A stretch of 64,000 nucleotides of DNA, from contig CAZUGO010000014.1 in assembly GCA_964619935.1 (NCBI GenBank), forward strand, positions 51,169 through 115,168, written 5' to 3'. The DNA is from an uncultured Planctomycetales bacterium (GTDB taxonomy: Bacteria; Planctomycetota; Phycisphaerae; UBA1845; CAIVHJ01). The position numbers and the translations under genes are program-made. The notes under the pieces are model-generated. The model made no database searches, was not told where the DNA came from, and saw only the letters and a program-made list of their open reading frames with translations. This document shows positions 1 to 9,670 of the stretch, piece by piece; the first letter of the stretch is position 1, and each line of letters begins with the position of its first letter.

Positions 1-1029
1 AAGCGTCAGCATCGCGGCGGTTTCCGCCAGGCCCGGGTCCGTCCAGGGCTGCCGCCGGGTCACGTACCAGCCGACCTCAGCGGGTGCATCCACAAGGTGG
101 GCGGCCACCCGATACCAGGCATAGTCACTGCCCATGTTGTTGCGCAAGTCGAGCACCAGACCCCTGACCTGAGCTTCATCGATCTGCTCGAAGATCCGGT
201 CGATCCGCGCGACGCAGGCCGCGGTGCCGAAGTGCCGGGCCTGCCAGACGGCGATCCCGTCGCGAATGGTGATGTGGTTACGACATTCCTGGCGAGTCGA
301 CTGGAGTTCGGCCTCGAACGCAGGGTCTAGGGTGCGACTCAGCCCCAGGTGGCTGAACCCGGCATTGCGGGCGAACCATAGGAACCCGACGTAAAACTCG
401 ATGTCATCCCGGGCGGCGGCGGCCACGTGCCGCAAACTTCGCAACAACTCGCGGGTCGCAGGCGCTTCCATGAGTTGGGGATTGAACAAATGAGCGGCAA
501 GGGCCTGCTCGATCTCGGTGACCAGTTCGTCATAGGGCGCCGGTGGCGCTGGGTGGTCCGCCGCCACCAGGGTGGCATACCCGAACACCTGCCCGCCGCC
601 TGGGTAGCGAATGACCAGCGGCTGATCCAGGTGGCGCATTTCGGTGCTCAGTTTGATCATGGGCAATTGCAGGGCGCCACGGACCACGTCGCCGCCCTGC
701 GGCTTGGGCGACTGCCACTGCATCACGGATCCGTCAGCCACCCCGCCGAGGCTGAAGGTGTTGATCAGGAATCCCTGGATTCCGCCGATGAGGGCGCCGG
801 TGCCGCCGGGGCGCGTGCGGCCGTGCAATTCGTCAGCGACCGCCTCAATCTCGATGCGACCCGCGATCGAACCACTCCACACCGAATGAAAGGTCATGGT
901 GTACACGCCCGGCTGCGGAGGCTCAGAAACCGCGGTGCGCGGTAGCACCGGCTCGGGAACCAGCATGCTGCATCCCCAGGCCAGCGACCATGGAATTGTC
1001 GTCAGAATCGAACTGAGCTGCCGCGTCAT
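1..1029 (-). CDS. S41-family peptidase-like lipoprotein (partial; 3' end lies beyond window start)
   Basis: Absent from the ORF track because it runs off the edge. My manual minus-strand translation from the ATG at 1029 stays open to position 1 (343 codons). N-terminus MTRQLSSILTTIPWSLAWGC looks like a signal peptide plus lipobox. The block RGLVLDLRNNMGSDY resembles the LDLRNNxGG block of S41 peptidases. Confidence 0.55.
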   Translation of the reverse strand, partial: MTRQLSSILTTIPWSLAWGCSMLVPEPVLPRTAVSEPPQPGVYTMTFHSVWSGSIAGRIEIEAVADELHGRTRPGGTGALIGGIQGFLINTFSLGGVADGSVMQWQSPKPQGGDVVRGALQLPMIKLSTEMRHLDQPLVIRYPGGGQVFGYATLVAADHPAPPAPYDELVTEIEQALAAHLFNPQLMEAPATRELLRSLRHVAAAARDDIEFYVGFLWFARNAGFSHLGLSRTLDPAFEAELQSTRQECRNHITIRDGIAVWQARHFGTAACVARIDRIFEQIDEAQVRGLVLDLRNNMGSDYAWYRVAAHLVDAPAEVGWYVTRRQPWTDPGLAETAAMLTL

Positions 1030-1214
1030 GGTCACAGGGTTCCCAACCGCCCGAGGCACCGGCGAATGGTCGCCATTGTACCATCCTGTCGAATCTCCAG
1101 TAGCGCACTGGGGCCACCGGTTCTGCAGGCCCGGGTCAACCGACGTTTCCCAAGAGCGGTGTGCTGTGGGGGCGGTCGTGCTTGGGTCGCTGTGCCTGCG
1201 ACCCCCGATCGCGG

Positions 1215-2621
1215 CTAATGCACGGCGCCGCCGCCGAACATATCAGCAACATCCTGGTAGGTTTCCGAGAGCGTGGGGTGCGGGTGGATGGTCGCGGCGA
1301 TGTCTTCGGCGGTGGCCCCCATCTCGATGGCCAGCGCGGCCTCGGCGATCAACTCGCCGGCGTGCGGGCCGGTGAGGCCGACGCCGAGCACCCGGCCGCT
1401 GCTGGTGTCGCAGATGACCTTGGTCAATCCGTCGGGCCGCATCAAGGACACCGCCCGCCCCGAACCGCCCCAAGGCATCTTCCGGACGGTGATGTCCAGA
1501 CCCTGCGCTTTGGCGTCGGTCTCGGTCACGCCGGCCCAGGCCAGTTCCGGGTCGGTGAACACCACGGCGGGAATGCAGACGTTGTCAAACGCCGCGCCGC
1601 CGCCGGCAATGACCTCTGCGGCGACCTTGCCCTCGCGAATGGCCTTGTGGGCCAGCATCGGGTTGCCGACCACATCCCCAATCGCGAAGATGCGCTTGTC
1701 GGCGGTCTTCATCTGGGCATCGACCTCGATGAATCCGCGCTCGCTGACGATCACGGCGGTGTTCTCCAGGCCTAGGGAATCGGTGTTGGGCTGGCGGCCC
1801 ACGCTGACCAGCACGGCGTCGAAACCGGTGGTCGACGGGCGGCCGGCCCCTTCGAAGGTCACCTCCACCGCCTCGCCGCGGTCGGACAACTTGGCGACCT
1901 TGGTCTTCAGATGGATCCCGCCGGTGAACTGCTCCTGGAGCCGCTTGTTCAGTGGCCGGGCCAAGTCGCTGTCCACACCTGCCATGAGGGTGTCCAGCAT
2001 TTCGACGACGGTGACGGCGCTGCCCAGCGCCGCGTAGACCTGCCCCAGCTCCAGGCCGATGTACCCACCGCCCACCACCAGCAGCTTGCCCGGCACCGCG
2101 CGCAGCTCCAAGGCCCCGCTGGAGTCGAACACGCGCGGCGAATCGATACTCAGCGCCGGGATGGCCACCGGGCGGCTGCCGGTGGCGATGACGGCCCGCT
2201 TGAAGCGAATGCGATCGACATCGCCGCCGTGCAAGCGCAGTTGCTTGGAGCTTTCGAACACGGCCCGGCCGGTGACCACCTCGACCTTGGCATTCTTGCA
2301 CAAGCCGGCGACCCCCGAGGACAGCTTGTCGATCACGCCCGCCGTGTAAGCCCGCATGGCCGCCAGATCGATCTCGGGTTTTTTGAAGCGCAGCCCTTTC
2401 GGCTCGGCGCCCGCGGCCAGATGAATGATCTCGGCGACGTGCAGCAGGGCCTTTGATGGGATGCAGCCGACCCGCAGGCACACGCCGCCCAGGCGATCGT
2501 GCTCCTCGATGAGCGTGACCTTCTGCCCCAGGGCCGCAGCCCGCAACGCGGCGGTGTAGCCGCCGGGGCCCCCGCCGATCACCACCACATCACATTCCTG
2601 GGTGAACTCGCCGACAACCAT
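1215..2621 (-). CDS. lpdA: dihydrolipoyl dehydrogenase (E3)
   Basis: ORF 1215..2657, start trimmed to MVVGEFTQECDVVVIGGGPGGY (FAD-binding GxGxxG). Redox disulfide motif GGVCLRVGCIPSK and C-terminal HPHPTLSE are present. It is the last gene of the E1a-E1b-E2-E3 cluster. Confidence 0.93.
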   Translation of the reverse strand: MVVGEFTQECDVVVIGGGPGGYTAALRAAALGQKVTLIEEHDRLGGVCLRVGCIPSKALLHVAEIIHLAAGAEPKGLRFKKPEIDLAAMRAYTAGVIDKLSSGVAGLCKNAKVEVVTGRAVFESSKQLRLHGGDVDRIRFKRAVIATGSRPVAIPALSIDSPRVFDSSGALELRAVPGKLLVVGGGYIGLELGQVYAALGSAVTVVEMLDTLMAGVDSDLARPLNKRLQEQFTGGIHLKTKVAKLSDRGEAVEVTFEGAGRPSTTGFDAVLVSVGRQPNTDSLGLENTAVIVSERGFIEVDAQMKTADKRIFAIGDVVGNPMLAHKAIREGKVAAEVIAGGGAAFDNVCIPAVVFTDPELAWAGVTETDAKAQGLDITVRKMPWGGSGRAVSLMRPDGLTKVICDTSSGRVLGVGLTGPHAGELIAEAALAIEMGATAEDIAATIHPHPTLSETYQDVADMFGGGAVH

Positions 2622-2677
2622 GGCTGTCCCTTTCCACAGGCCCGGCCTGCGCCCCACGGCAAGGGGTCTCGAACGAA

Positions 2678-4021
2678 TCAGTCTTCCAGCAGCAGCCGAC
2701 CGGGCACCTCGAGATAACCCTTGATGTCGGACATGAAGCGCGCGGCGTCGGCGCCGTCGATGATCCGGTGATCAAACGACAGGTTCAGCGGCAACAGGTA
2801 GCGGGCCACGATGTCGCCGCCGCGAACCACCGGTTGCATTGCCGCCTTGCCCAGCCCCAGGATGGCCACCTCCGGGTAGTTGATGATCGGCGTCGACACG
2901 ATGCCACCGAGCGAACCGATGTTGGTGATGGTGAACGTCCCGCCGCGCAGTTCGTCAATCCCGAAACTGGGTGTGCGGGCCTTCTCGCCCAGGGCGGCGA
3001 GGGCCACCGCCAGGTCCCGGATCGATGTGCGATCGACGTCGCGCAGCACCGGCACCACCAGCCCGCGCGGGGTATCTACGGCGATGCCGAAGTGAAAGTA
3101 ATCCTTATAGATCATCTCGTTGTTGCTCTGATCGAAGCTGCCGTTAAACTGCGGATAGCGCCGCATGGCGGCGTGGATCGCCTTGATCACGAACGGCAGC
3201 AGCGTCAGTTTGGGGTCGGACTCCGCCCGGCGGGCATTGTGGTCCTTGCGCAACTGCTCCAACATCTCGATATCGGCCAGGTCGTGGTGGGTGACGTGGA
3301 CGTTGCTGGCCTCGGATCGAACCATCTGGTTGGCGATGGTCTTGCGGGTCTGGCTGATCGGCTCGCGGCGGATGGGGCCCCACTTGGTGAAGTCCGGCAG
3401 GTCGCTGCCCGCCGGCAGGGTCGCCGCCCGGGCCGCAGCGCCGGCCGCAGACGGCTGGGTGGCGGGGCGTGCCCCGCCGCCACCGGCGGCCTGCTCCAGG
3501 TCGTCGCGCGTGACCCGTCCCCCGGGCCCGCTGCCCGGGATGGCGGCCAGGTCGACTCCCAGCTCCTTGGCCCGCCGGCGGACCGCGGGCGAGGCCGCCA
3601 CTTTGGCGGGCCTTCCGGTGAGCGCCGCGGCCGGCTCAGGGCGCGGCGCCGCGCTCCTGGGCTCCGGGGCCGATTCTCCGGCCGCCGAGGCGGCTTCATT
3701 TTTCTTGGCGGCCGCCGTCGGCTTCCCGGCCCGGGCCGGCCGGTCGGATTCGCCGGTCTGGGGCTCCGCCGGCTCAGCGGCGGCCTGGTCCGAACCAAAA
3801 GAGACCATGACATCGCCAACATTGACGGTCTGGCCTTCGTGCACATGCACCTTGGTGACCTTGCCGGAGTGCGGCGACGGAATCTCGACGGCGGCCTTGT
3901 CGGTCTCGACCTCCATTAGCGGTTGGTCGGACTCGACGGTGTCGCCTTCCCGAATCAAGACCTGGATGATCTGGGCCTCATGAATCCCTTCGCCGAGATC
4001 GGGGAGTACAAAATCTACCAT
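2678..4021 (-). CDS. dihydrolipoamide acyltransferase (E2) of a 2-oxoacid dehydrogenase complex
   Basis: ORF 2678..4078, start trimmed to MVDFVLPDLGEGI. Lipoyl domain with VETDKAAVEIPSP, Ala/Pro-rich linker, subunit-binding domain SPAVRRRAKELGVDL, and catalytic SFDHRIIDGA motif. Confidence 0.92.
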   Translation of the reverse strand: MVDFVLPDLGEGIHEAQIIQVLIREGDTVESDQPLMEVETDKAAVEIPSPHSGKVTKVHVHEGQTVNVGDVMVSFGSDQAAAEPAEPQTGESDRPARAGKPTAAAKKNEAASAAGESAPEPRSAAPRPEPAAALTGRPAKVAASPAVRRRAKELGVDLAAIPGSGPGGRVTRDDLEQAAGGGGARPATQPSAAGAAARAATLPAGSDLPDFTKWGPIRREPISQTRKTIANQMVRSEASNVHVTHHDLADIEMLEQLRKDHNARRAESDPKLTLLPFVIKAIHAAMRRYPQFNGSFDQSNNEMIYKDYFHFGIAVDTPRGLVVPVLRDVDRTSIRDLAVALAALGEKARTPSFGIDELRGGTFTITNIGSLGGIVSTPIINYPEVAILGLGKAAMQPVVRGGDIVARYLLPLNLSFDHRIIDGADAARFMSDIKGYLEVPGRLLLED

Positions 4022-4074
4022 GACACTTGTCCTTGAGCGCGCCGGGCTCAGGCCCCGGCGGGCAGGTGCGCGGC

Positions 4075-5055
4075 TCAATAATCCAGCACCTGCCGGGCGG
4101 CGTTGACGATGCGCTCCGCATCCGGCAGGTAGATCTGCTCACACGCAAAGTATGGAAAGTGAATATCAGCGCTGGTCAGGCGCTTGACCGGGGCCTCCAG
4201 GTAACCGAACGCCTGCTCGTTGAGCCGGGCGATGACCTCGGCGGCAACCCCGCAGGTGCGGTTGCCTTCATTGATCACCAGGGCCCGCCCGGTCTTGGTC
4301 ACCGATTCGACGAGCGTGGCGGTGTCCATGGGCGAAACGGTTTGCAGGTCGATGACTTCGGCCTCGATGCCGTGGTCCTCGGCCAGGTCGTCGGCGGCTT
4401 CGAGCGTCGGCCGCATGCTGGCGCCGTACGAGATCAGGGTGACGTCGCCACCCTGCCGGACCACCGCCGCCTTGCCGAGTTCGAACGCTTCGGGTTCATC
4501 GGGAACGTCTTCCTTGAAGGCGCGGTACACCGCCTTCGGCTCGTAGAAGATCACCGGATCAGGATCCTGGATGGCGGCATGCAACAGCGCCCGGGCGTTT
4601 CGCGGACCCGACGGCACCACCACCTTCAGCCCTGGAATGTGGGCCCAGAAGGCCTCCTTGCTCTCGCTGTGATGTTCCACCGCCCGAATGCCCCCGCCGC
4701 AGGGAGCCCGCAGCACCATCGGCACGGTGAAGCGCCCGCGGGTGCGGTTGCGAAAGCGGGCCATGTGCTGCTCGATCTGGTGGAAGCCCTGGTAAATGAA
4801 CCCGGAGAACTGGATCTCGGTCACCGGGCGCAGCCCGTAGAGCGCCATCCCGATGCTGGTGCCGATGATGCCGGCTTCCGCCAGCGGTGAGTCCAGTATC
4901 CGGCGATCGCCGAAGCGCCCCAGCAGGCCTTCGGTGACCCGGAACACCCCTTCGTCCTGCCCGACATCCTGACCGCAGACCACCACGCGGTCGTCTGCTT
5001 CCATGTTCTGATGGAGCGCCAGGTTCAGCGCCTTGACCATTGTCATCTCGGCCAT
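4075..5055 (-). CDS. 2-oxoacid (pyruvate/branched-chain) dehydrogenase E1 beta subunit
   Basis: 326 aa with a typical E1-beta N-terminus, MAEMTMVKALNLALHQNMEADDRVVVCGQDVG. It sits between E1 alpha and E2. Confidence 0.92.
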   Translation of the reverse strand: MAEMTMVKALNLALHQNMEADDRVVVCGQDVGQDEGVFRVTEGLLGRFGDRRILDSPLAEAGIIGTSIGMALYGLRPVTEIQFSGFIYQGFHQIEQHMARFRNRTRGRFTVPMVLRAPCGGGIRAVEHHSESKEAFWAHIPGLKVVVPSGPRNARALLHAAIQDPDPVIFYEPKAVYRAFKEDVPDEPEAFELGKAAVVRQGGDVTLISYGASMRPTLEAADDLAEDHGIEAEVIDLQTVSPMDTATLVESVTKTGRALVINEGNRTCGVAAEVIARLNEQAFGYLEAPVKRLTSADIHFPYFACEQIYLPDAERIVNAARQVLDY

Positions 5056-5085
5056 GAAATATCCTTGTGCCGGCCGGCGGTCCGG

Positions 5086-6192
5086 TCAGTTGCCATCCGC
5101 CAGGTAACTCAAAAACTCTTCCTTCTGGGCCTGCAGCTCGGCAGGCAGGGTCGCGAAGGTGTAGTCGAACATCTGCCGCGGCTTGGGCACACACAGCTTC
5201 TCAAAGGCGGCCACGCCGCGCTTGACTCCCTCGTCGGCATCCTTGCGAATGTCCGCGACCATGGCGTCATCGATGATCCCGCCGCGGATCAGGTACTTCT
5301 GGAAGCGCTCGATGGGACACTTCTTTTCCCAGGCCTTGACCTCGGCGTCATCTCGATATTTCTTGGGATCATCGGCAGTAGTGTGCATTTCCATGCGATA
5401 GGTGAAGGCCTCGATCAGCGTCGGACCGCCGCCCGACCGGGCGGTGTCCACGGCGGCCTGGGTGGCCGCGATCATGGCAAAAATGTCGTTGCCGTCGACC
5501 TTGATGCCGTCGAACCCAAAGGCGATGGCCTTCTGGGCGATGGTCTCCGAACGGGTCTGGCGGGTCCGCGGCAGCGAAATGGCATACTGGTTGTTCTCGC
5601 ACACGAACACCACCGGCGCCTGGTAGACCCCCGCGAAATTGAGGGCTTCGAGGACATCGCCCTCGGAGGTCGCCCCGTCGCCGAAGGCGGTCAAGACCAC
5701 CTTCTTGTCGCCGCGCAAGGTCATGGCCATGCCGATGCCGACCGCCAGGATGGGATGCGAACCCACCGGGATGGCAATCGGCAGGTCATTCACGCCGTCG
5801 GGCGTGCGGGCCCCTTCCTCAAACCCGTTCCAATAGAGCAGGATCTGCTCGATGGACCAGCCACGCCACACCTGGGCACCCGGAGCCCGGTAGGACGGTA
5901 CCACCCAATCTTCGGTCCGCATCGGATAGATGTAGCCGATCTGGGTGGCCTCCTGGCCGCGACAGGGCGCGAAGGTCCCCAATTTGCCCTGGCGCTGCAT
6001 GCGGATCATCCGCTCATCGAGCACGCGCGTCAGCACCATGTGACGATACAGCTTGATCAACTGGTCGGAATTGATCTCAGGAACCAGCGCCCGATCGACA
6101 TTGCCGTCGACGTCCATGATGGACAACTCGTCGACTCGAGCAGACAAAGTCAGCGTCTTTCGGGGCACCGCGCCCTCCTCTCTAAGTAGCAT
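5086..6192 (-). CDS. 2-oxoacid dehydrogenase E1 alpha subunit (TPP-dependent)
   Basis: 368 aa. TPP-binding block GDGATSEGDVLEALNFAGVYQAPVVFVCENNQYAIS. First gene of the operon. Confidence 0.92.
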   Translation of the reverse strand: MLLREEGAVPRKTLTLSARVDELSIMDVDGNVDRALVPEINSDQLIKLYRHMVLTRVLDERMIRMQRQGKLGTFAPCRGQEATQIGYIYPMRTEDWVVPSYRAPGAQVWRGWSIEQILLYWNGFEEGARTPDGVNDLPIAIPVGSHPILAVGIGMAMTLRGDKKVVLTAFGDGATSEGDVLEALNFAGVYQAPVVFVCENNQYAISLPRTRQTRSETIAQKAIAFGFDGIKVDGNDIFAMIAATQAAVDTARSGGGPTLIEAFTYRMEMHTTADDPKKYRDDAEVKAWEKKCPIERFQKYLIRGGIIDDAMVADIRKDADEGVKRGVAAFEKLCVPKPRQMFDYTFATLPAELQAQKEEFLSYLADGN

Positions 6193-6314
6193 GCCGATAT
6201 ATGCTTACGTGGGACGCCGGGCTCAGCGTTCAGCGACACCGGGCGCTCAGCCTGACCGGGCCGATTTATAGCACATTACCGCCGGCTTCTCCAGTCGTCG
6301 AAGTTCCCGGGGCG

Positions 6315-6821
6315 TCACACGGCCTTGAGGTGCTCGAAGGTGTTGTGGCACGCCTGACAATAATAGATCATGCGGCAACGCGTCGGCCCGAACGGACTGT
6401 CCAGGCGGGTGTCGATCGACTCGCAGAACGGGCAATTCACCGTTTCGCGCCTGGCGATACTGAGTTGCACCCACTTGCGCTGTGGAACGGTCACGCCATG
6501 GCCCTTGAGACGCGCCCGGCCGGCCGGCGAGATCCGCGCGACACCCCACGGCGGATCGAACACGTGCTCCACGCACACCCGCTCGATCCCGGGGAGCTGC
6601 CGTAGTTCGGACTCGATCTGCCGATCGATGAGATCCAGCGCCGGGCACCCGGTGAACGTCGGCGTGATCCGCACGCAGACCCCACCCGCGATCAGCCGAA
6701 CATCGTCCACGATCCCCAGATCCACGATCGAGATCGGCATCTCGGGATCGTCGATACGCCCGAGCTGCTGCCAGACTCGTTCCAGTAGGGCTGTCATCGG
6801 TGCTTCGGACATCACGGGCAT
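6315..6821 (-). CDS. paaD: 1,2-phenylacetyl-CoA epoxidase subunit D-like (PaaD/PaaJ family)
   Basis: ORF 6315..6968, start trimmed to MPVMSEAPM (alternative ATG at 6812). DUF59-like DPEMPISIVDLGIV and TPTFTGCPA, and a C-terminal Cys cluster CPFCES...CQAC. A TATAAT on the minus strand (6822-6827) abuts the ATG. Confidence 0.8.
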   Translation of the reverse strand: MPVMSEAPMTALLERVWQQLGRIDDPEMPISIVDLGIVDDVRLIAGGVCVRITPTFTGCPALDLIDRQIESELRQLPGIERVCVEHVFDPPWGVARISPAGRARLKGHGVTVPQRKWVQLSIARRETVNCPFCESIDTRLDSPFGPTRCRMIYYCQACHNTFEHLKAV

Positions 6822-6858
6822 ATTATAGCAGGTTTCACGAGCTGCGGCTGGTCCTCGG

Positions 6859-7653
6859 CTACCAGGACGCATCGGGTTCGCACGCGTAGACCTCTGCCAG
6901 ATCGGACAGCACTTCAGCAAGCGCCGCGGTGTGTCGGCCGCTGCGGCCGGCCGGCGGAGGCGCGTCAATCATCGCCGGAACCACGAGCCCGCCCTCGACC
7001 AGCACCGCCGAGACTTGCTGAAACCAAGCGGCGCGCTGGGCGCGATCGTCTCCGGGGTACAGCCCGGCGGCCGCCAAATCCGGTTGACCGGCGACCGGCT
7101 CGAACAGTCCACCCGCGTGCGGCCATAGGACATCGACGGCCGCCTGAACCCGGGCTCTAGATTCGTCGGTGCCCTGCCCCAGCCGGACCATCCAGCCGTC
7201 GAAGTGGTCCTTGTGAAAGGTCACTTCCTGAATCATTTTCGCGGCCAGGTCGGCCAGCGGAGCAAAGCATGATTGCTGCAGACGGGGCAGACGCACGCCG
7301 TCGAAATGATCGAAGAAGAACTGCCGGGCGATGGCCAGCGCCCAGTCGTAGTCGTCGGCCAGCTCCACCAGGTTGGCGTGCCAGCGCTCGGCGGCCCCGC
7401 GGGTGTAGGCCAGACGATTGGCCTGGACCACGACATCGTCGCCTGGGCTGGTCAAACCGGCGGCGAGCTTGTACAGTTCCTGGGCATGGGCGATCTCGTC
7501 CTGGGCGATGTTGGAGAAGGCAATGTCCTCTTCCAAGAAGGGGCCCAGACCGGTCCAATCCCCATTGCGATGGCCCAGAATGAGCTTGTCGTCGGCAATC
7601 GACAACAACAAGCGCACCAAGGCCGGCCGCAGATTGTCGGGAATCTCAGTCAT
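6859..7653 (-). CDS. paaC: 1,2-phenylacetyl-CoA epoxidase subunit C-like (PaaC/PaaI family)
   Basis: 264 aa. LLLSIADDKLILGHRNGDWTGLGPFLEEDIAFSNIAQDEIAHAQELY matches the PaaC ferritin-like fold pattern. Lies directly upstream of paaD. Confidence 0.8.
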   Translation of the reverse strand: MTEIPDNLRPALVRLLLSIADDKLILGHRNGDWTGLGPFLEEDIAFSNIAQDEIAHAQELYKLAAGLTSPGDDVVVQANRLAYTRGAAERWHANLVELADDYDWALAIARQFFFDHFDGVRLPRLQQSCFAPLADLAAKMIQEVTFHKDHFDGWMVRLGQGTDESRARVQAAVDVLWPHAGGLFEPVAGQPDLAAAGLYPGDDRAQRAAWFQQVSAVLVEGGLVVPAMIDAPPPAGRSGRHTAALAEVLSDLAEVYACEPDASW

Positions 7654-7749
7654 CCGAAGTCACCCGCCTGCCGGGCGGGATTCCCGCAGGCCGCGCACAA
7701 TGTAGCAGACCCTGCGCGGGCCAACAACCACTCAGCGGAGTCGCACAAC

Positions 7750-8781
7750 GTGCCCGACGAACCGGCCTCAACTTCAGCGCCCGACGTCCTCACCGCTGAC
7801 GCATTCTGCGCGACCTGCGGCTACAGCCTGCGAACGCTCAGCCCCGCGGCCCGCTGCCCGGAGTGTGGCACGCCGGTCAGTGCCTCCGCGCCCACCGCCG
7901 AGGTCGAACCGGTGATCGACGGCATCAGCCCGGCCTCCCCAGGCACGGTTTGCTGTAACTGCCAGGCGGCGATCGAGGGCCGCCACCGCCATCAGTTCTG
8001 CCGCTCGTGCGGAACGCCCCTGTGGGCGACCATTCCGACGGTCTGGCTGCGGTGGTGCGATCCGCTTTGGCTGCAGCGGGTACGTTCGGCCATCACCTGG
8101 TGGCTGTGGACCCTGCTGATCAGCTTTGTGCTGGCATTCGGGGGAGGCGTGGTGGGCGTCATCTGGGGCGCCCGCGGCTCACCGATCTCGGCCCGGGGCT
8201 CGATGATCAGCATCGGCCTGACCAATGTCGTCATGCTGATCCTGCACCTGGTTGTGGTTTACCGACTGTCCACGCCACATCCGGGCAGCCGCATCCAGGA
8301 CACACCGACACTCCGCGGGATCACCCGCGGGTTCGCCCTTTATGCATTGCTGGCCGCCGCCGCGATGCAAGGGGTCCTGCTGGGCGGCGGATCCGCGCCG
8401 ACCATCACGGCGCTGTCCGTGCTGAGCACCCCGGCGCTGCTGTCCACCATCGGCGCCTTCCTGTATGTTCGCGGGCTGGCCTGTCGCATCCCCAACCGCA
8501 AACTGATCGAGCGCCTCACCCTTTTGATGTGGACCTACGGTTCGTTGATGGTCGCCATGCAGGCTTTGGGTCTGATCTCGCTGCAGGCCCTGGACCTCGA
8601 CGGCGGGATCGCGCCGGCCCCAAGTCTCGGACCGCAAATGCTGGTCGGTTGCGCATCCGGGGTCGTCGGGCTGGTGCTGTTGCTCTGCCAGGGCGCCCTG
8701 GCCGTCCTGCTGTTCACGCTGCGGCGGGTCGTGTTGCAGGCCACCCAATCCGCCCGCGCAGAATCGGAGTCGCGACCGTGA
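7750..8781 (+). CDS. polytopic membrane protein with two N-terminal zinc-ribbon motifs
   Basis: ORF 7273..8781. The part before 7654 is antisense to paaC, so I propose the GTG at 7750 as start (uncertain). Motifs CATCGYSL..CPECG and CCNCQ..CRSCG are followed by at least 6 hydrophobic helices. Confidence 0.55.
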   Translation: MPDEPASTSAPDVLTADAFCATCGYSLRTLSPAARCPECGTPVSASAPTAEVEPVIDGISPASPGTVCCNCQAAIEGRHRHQFCRSCGTPLWATIPTVWLRWCDPLWLQRVRSAITWWLWTLLISFVLAFGGGVVGVIWGARGSPISARGSMISIGLTNVVMLILHLVVVYRLSTPHPGSRIQDTPTLRGITRGFALYALLAAAAMQGVLLGGGSAPTITALSVLSTPALLSTIGAFLYVRGLACRIPNRKLIERLTLLMWTYGSLMVAMQALGLISLQALDLDGGIAPAPSLGPQMLVGCASGVVGLVLLLCQGALAVLLFTLRRVVLQATQSARAESESRP

Positions 8782-8943
8782 GGGCGGCCACAAGTCCTGC
8801 CGGATCAAGGATCGACACAACCGGCCACATAACAACGGCTTGCGCCTCCTGCCGCCTGACTTGGGTGCCGCGCAGGCCGAAGTTTGCCGGAATCTTGTGG
8901 CGGGAATCCCTACTGCCACGCATCTCAACCCATGAGAAGCGCT

Positions 8944-8949
8944 TATAAT
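8944..8949 (+). promoter_or_regulatory. candidate -10 hexamer TATAAT upstream of the YHS gene pair
   Basis: A perfect TATAAT in an intergenic region of a high-GC genome, about 90 nt upstream of the ATG at 9038 (RBS GAGGAGGA). No convincing -35 element. Confidence 0.3.
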
Positions 8950-9037
8950 CCCCGGAATTCGGCGCCCAGCGCCACGAAACGATTTTCTTGACCGCCCGAT
9001 CCGAGTCGGTGCCAACCGCTAGAGGAGGAACTGGATC

Positions 9038-9670
9038 ATGCGAACCCTGTCGGCCCTCATCATTTCTCTGTGCTGTGTCCCGCCAACCGTCGCGCTCGCT
9101 GGAAATCCGGCCGGCGCCACTGAAGCGCTGGTGCTGCCCAACTGCCCGGTAATGGATGAGCCCATCGATCTCAGCATCAGCACCAGGACCGACGACGGCC
9201 CGGTGTTCTTCTGTTGCAGTGGGTGTATCAAGAAGTACACCGCGAACCCACAGAAATATGCCGCTCGGGTTGCAGCCCAACGCACAGGCCTGGAGAACCG
9301 CCCCAAGGTCCAGGTCGCCTGTCCGGTCAGCGGCGAGCCGGTCAAGTCCAGCGTCTCGGTCGAGCACGACGGGCGGAAAATCCTGTTCTGCTGCCCGCAG
9401 TGCGTCGACAAGTTCAAGGCCGACCCCGCCAAGTATCAGGCAGCGCTGGCCAACAGCTATACCTATCAAACCCGCTGTCCGGTCATGGACAAGGCAATCG
9501 ACCCCGCCGCCTTCAACGTCCTGCCTACCGGCCAGAAGATCTACTACTGCTGCAAGGGTTGCGATAAAAAGCTGCTCAAAGACCCTGCAAAGTACGCCCC
9601 CAAGCTGGCCGCCCAGGGCATCCACTTGGACATCCAGAAGCTGCTCGAGGCCGGAGCGTCCGGCGGATGA
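9038..9670 (+). CDS. secreted protein with three tandem Cys-rich YHS/TRASH-like modules
   Basis: Strong RBS GAGGAGGA and a signal peptide MRTLSALIISLCCVPPTVALA. Three repeats of CPV(M/S)xEP...(F/Y)(F/Y)CCxxCxxK(F/Y)xxxPxKY. Confidence 0.8.
   Translation: MRTLSALIISLCCVPPTVALAGNPAGATEALVLPNCPVMDEPIDLSISTRTDDGPVFFCCSGCIKKYTANPQKYAARVAAQRTGLENRPKVQVACPVSGEPVKSSVSVEHDGRKILFCCPQCVDKFKADPAKYQAALANSYTYQTRCPVMDKAIDPAAFNVLPTGQKIYYCCKGCDKKLLKDPAKYAPKLAAQGIHLDIQKLLEAGASGG

Noticed and set aside
7273-7749. N-terminal extension of ORF 7273..8781. Analogous extensions are 43129..43851 (cobB), 61330..61701 (hutI), 32232..32762 (HExxH protein) and 13311..13745 (pseudopilin).
   Set aside because: Each extension overlaps a confidently called neighbouring gene or is antisense to one. 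The recognisable protein starts at an internal start codon.
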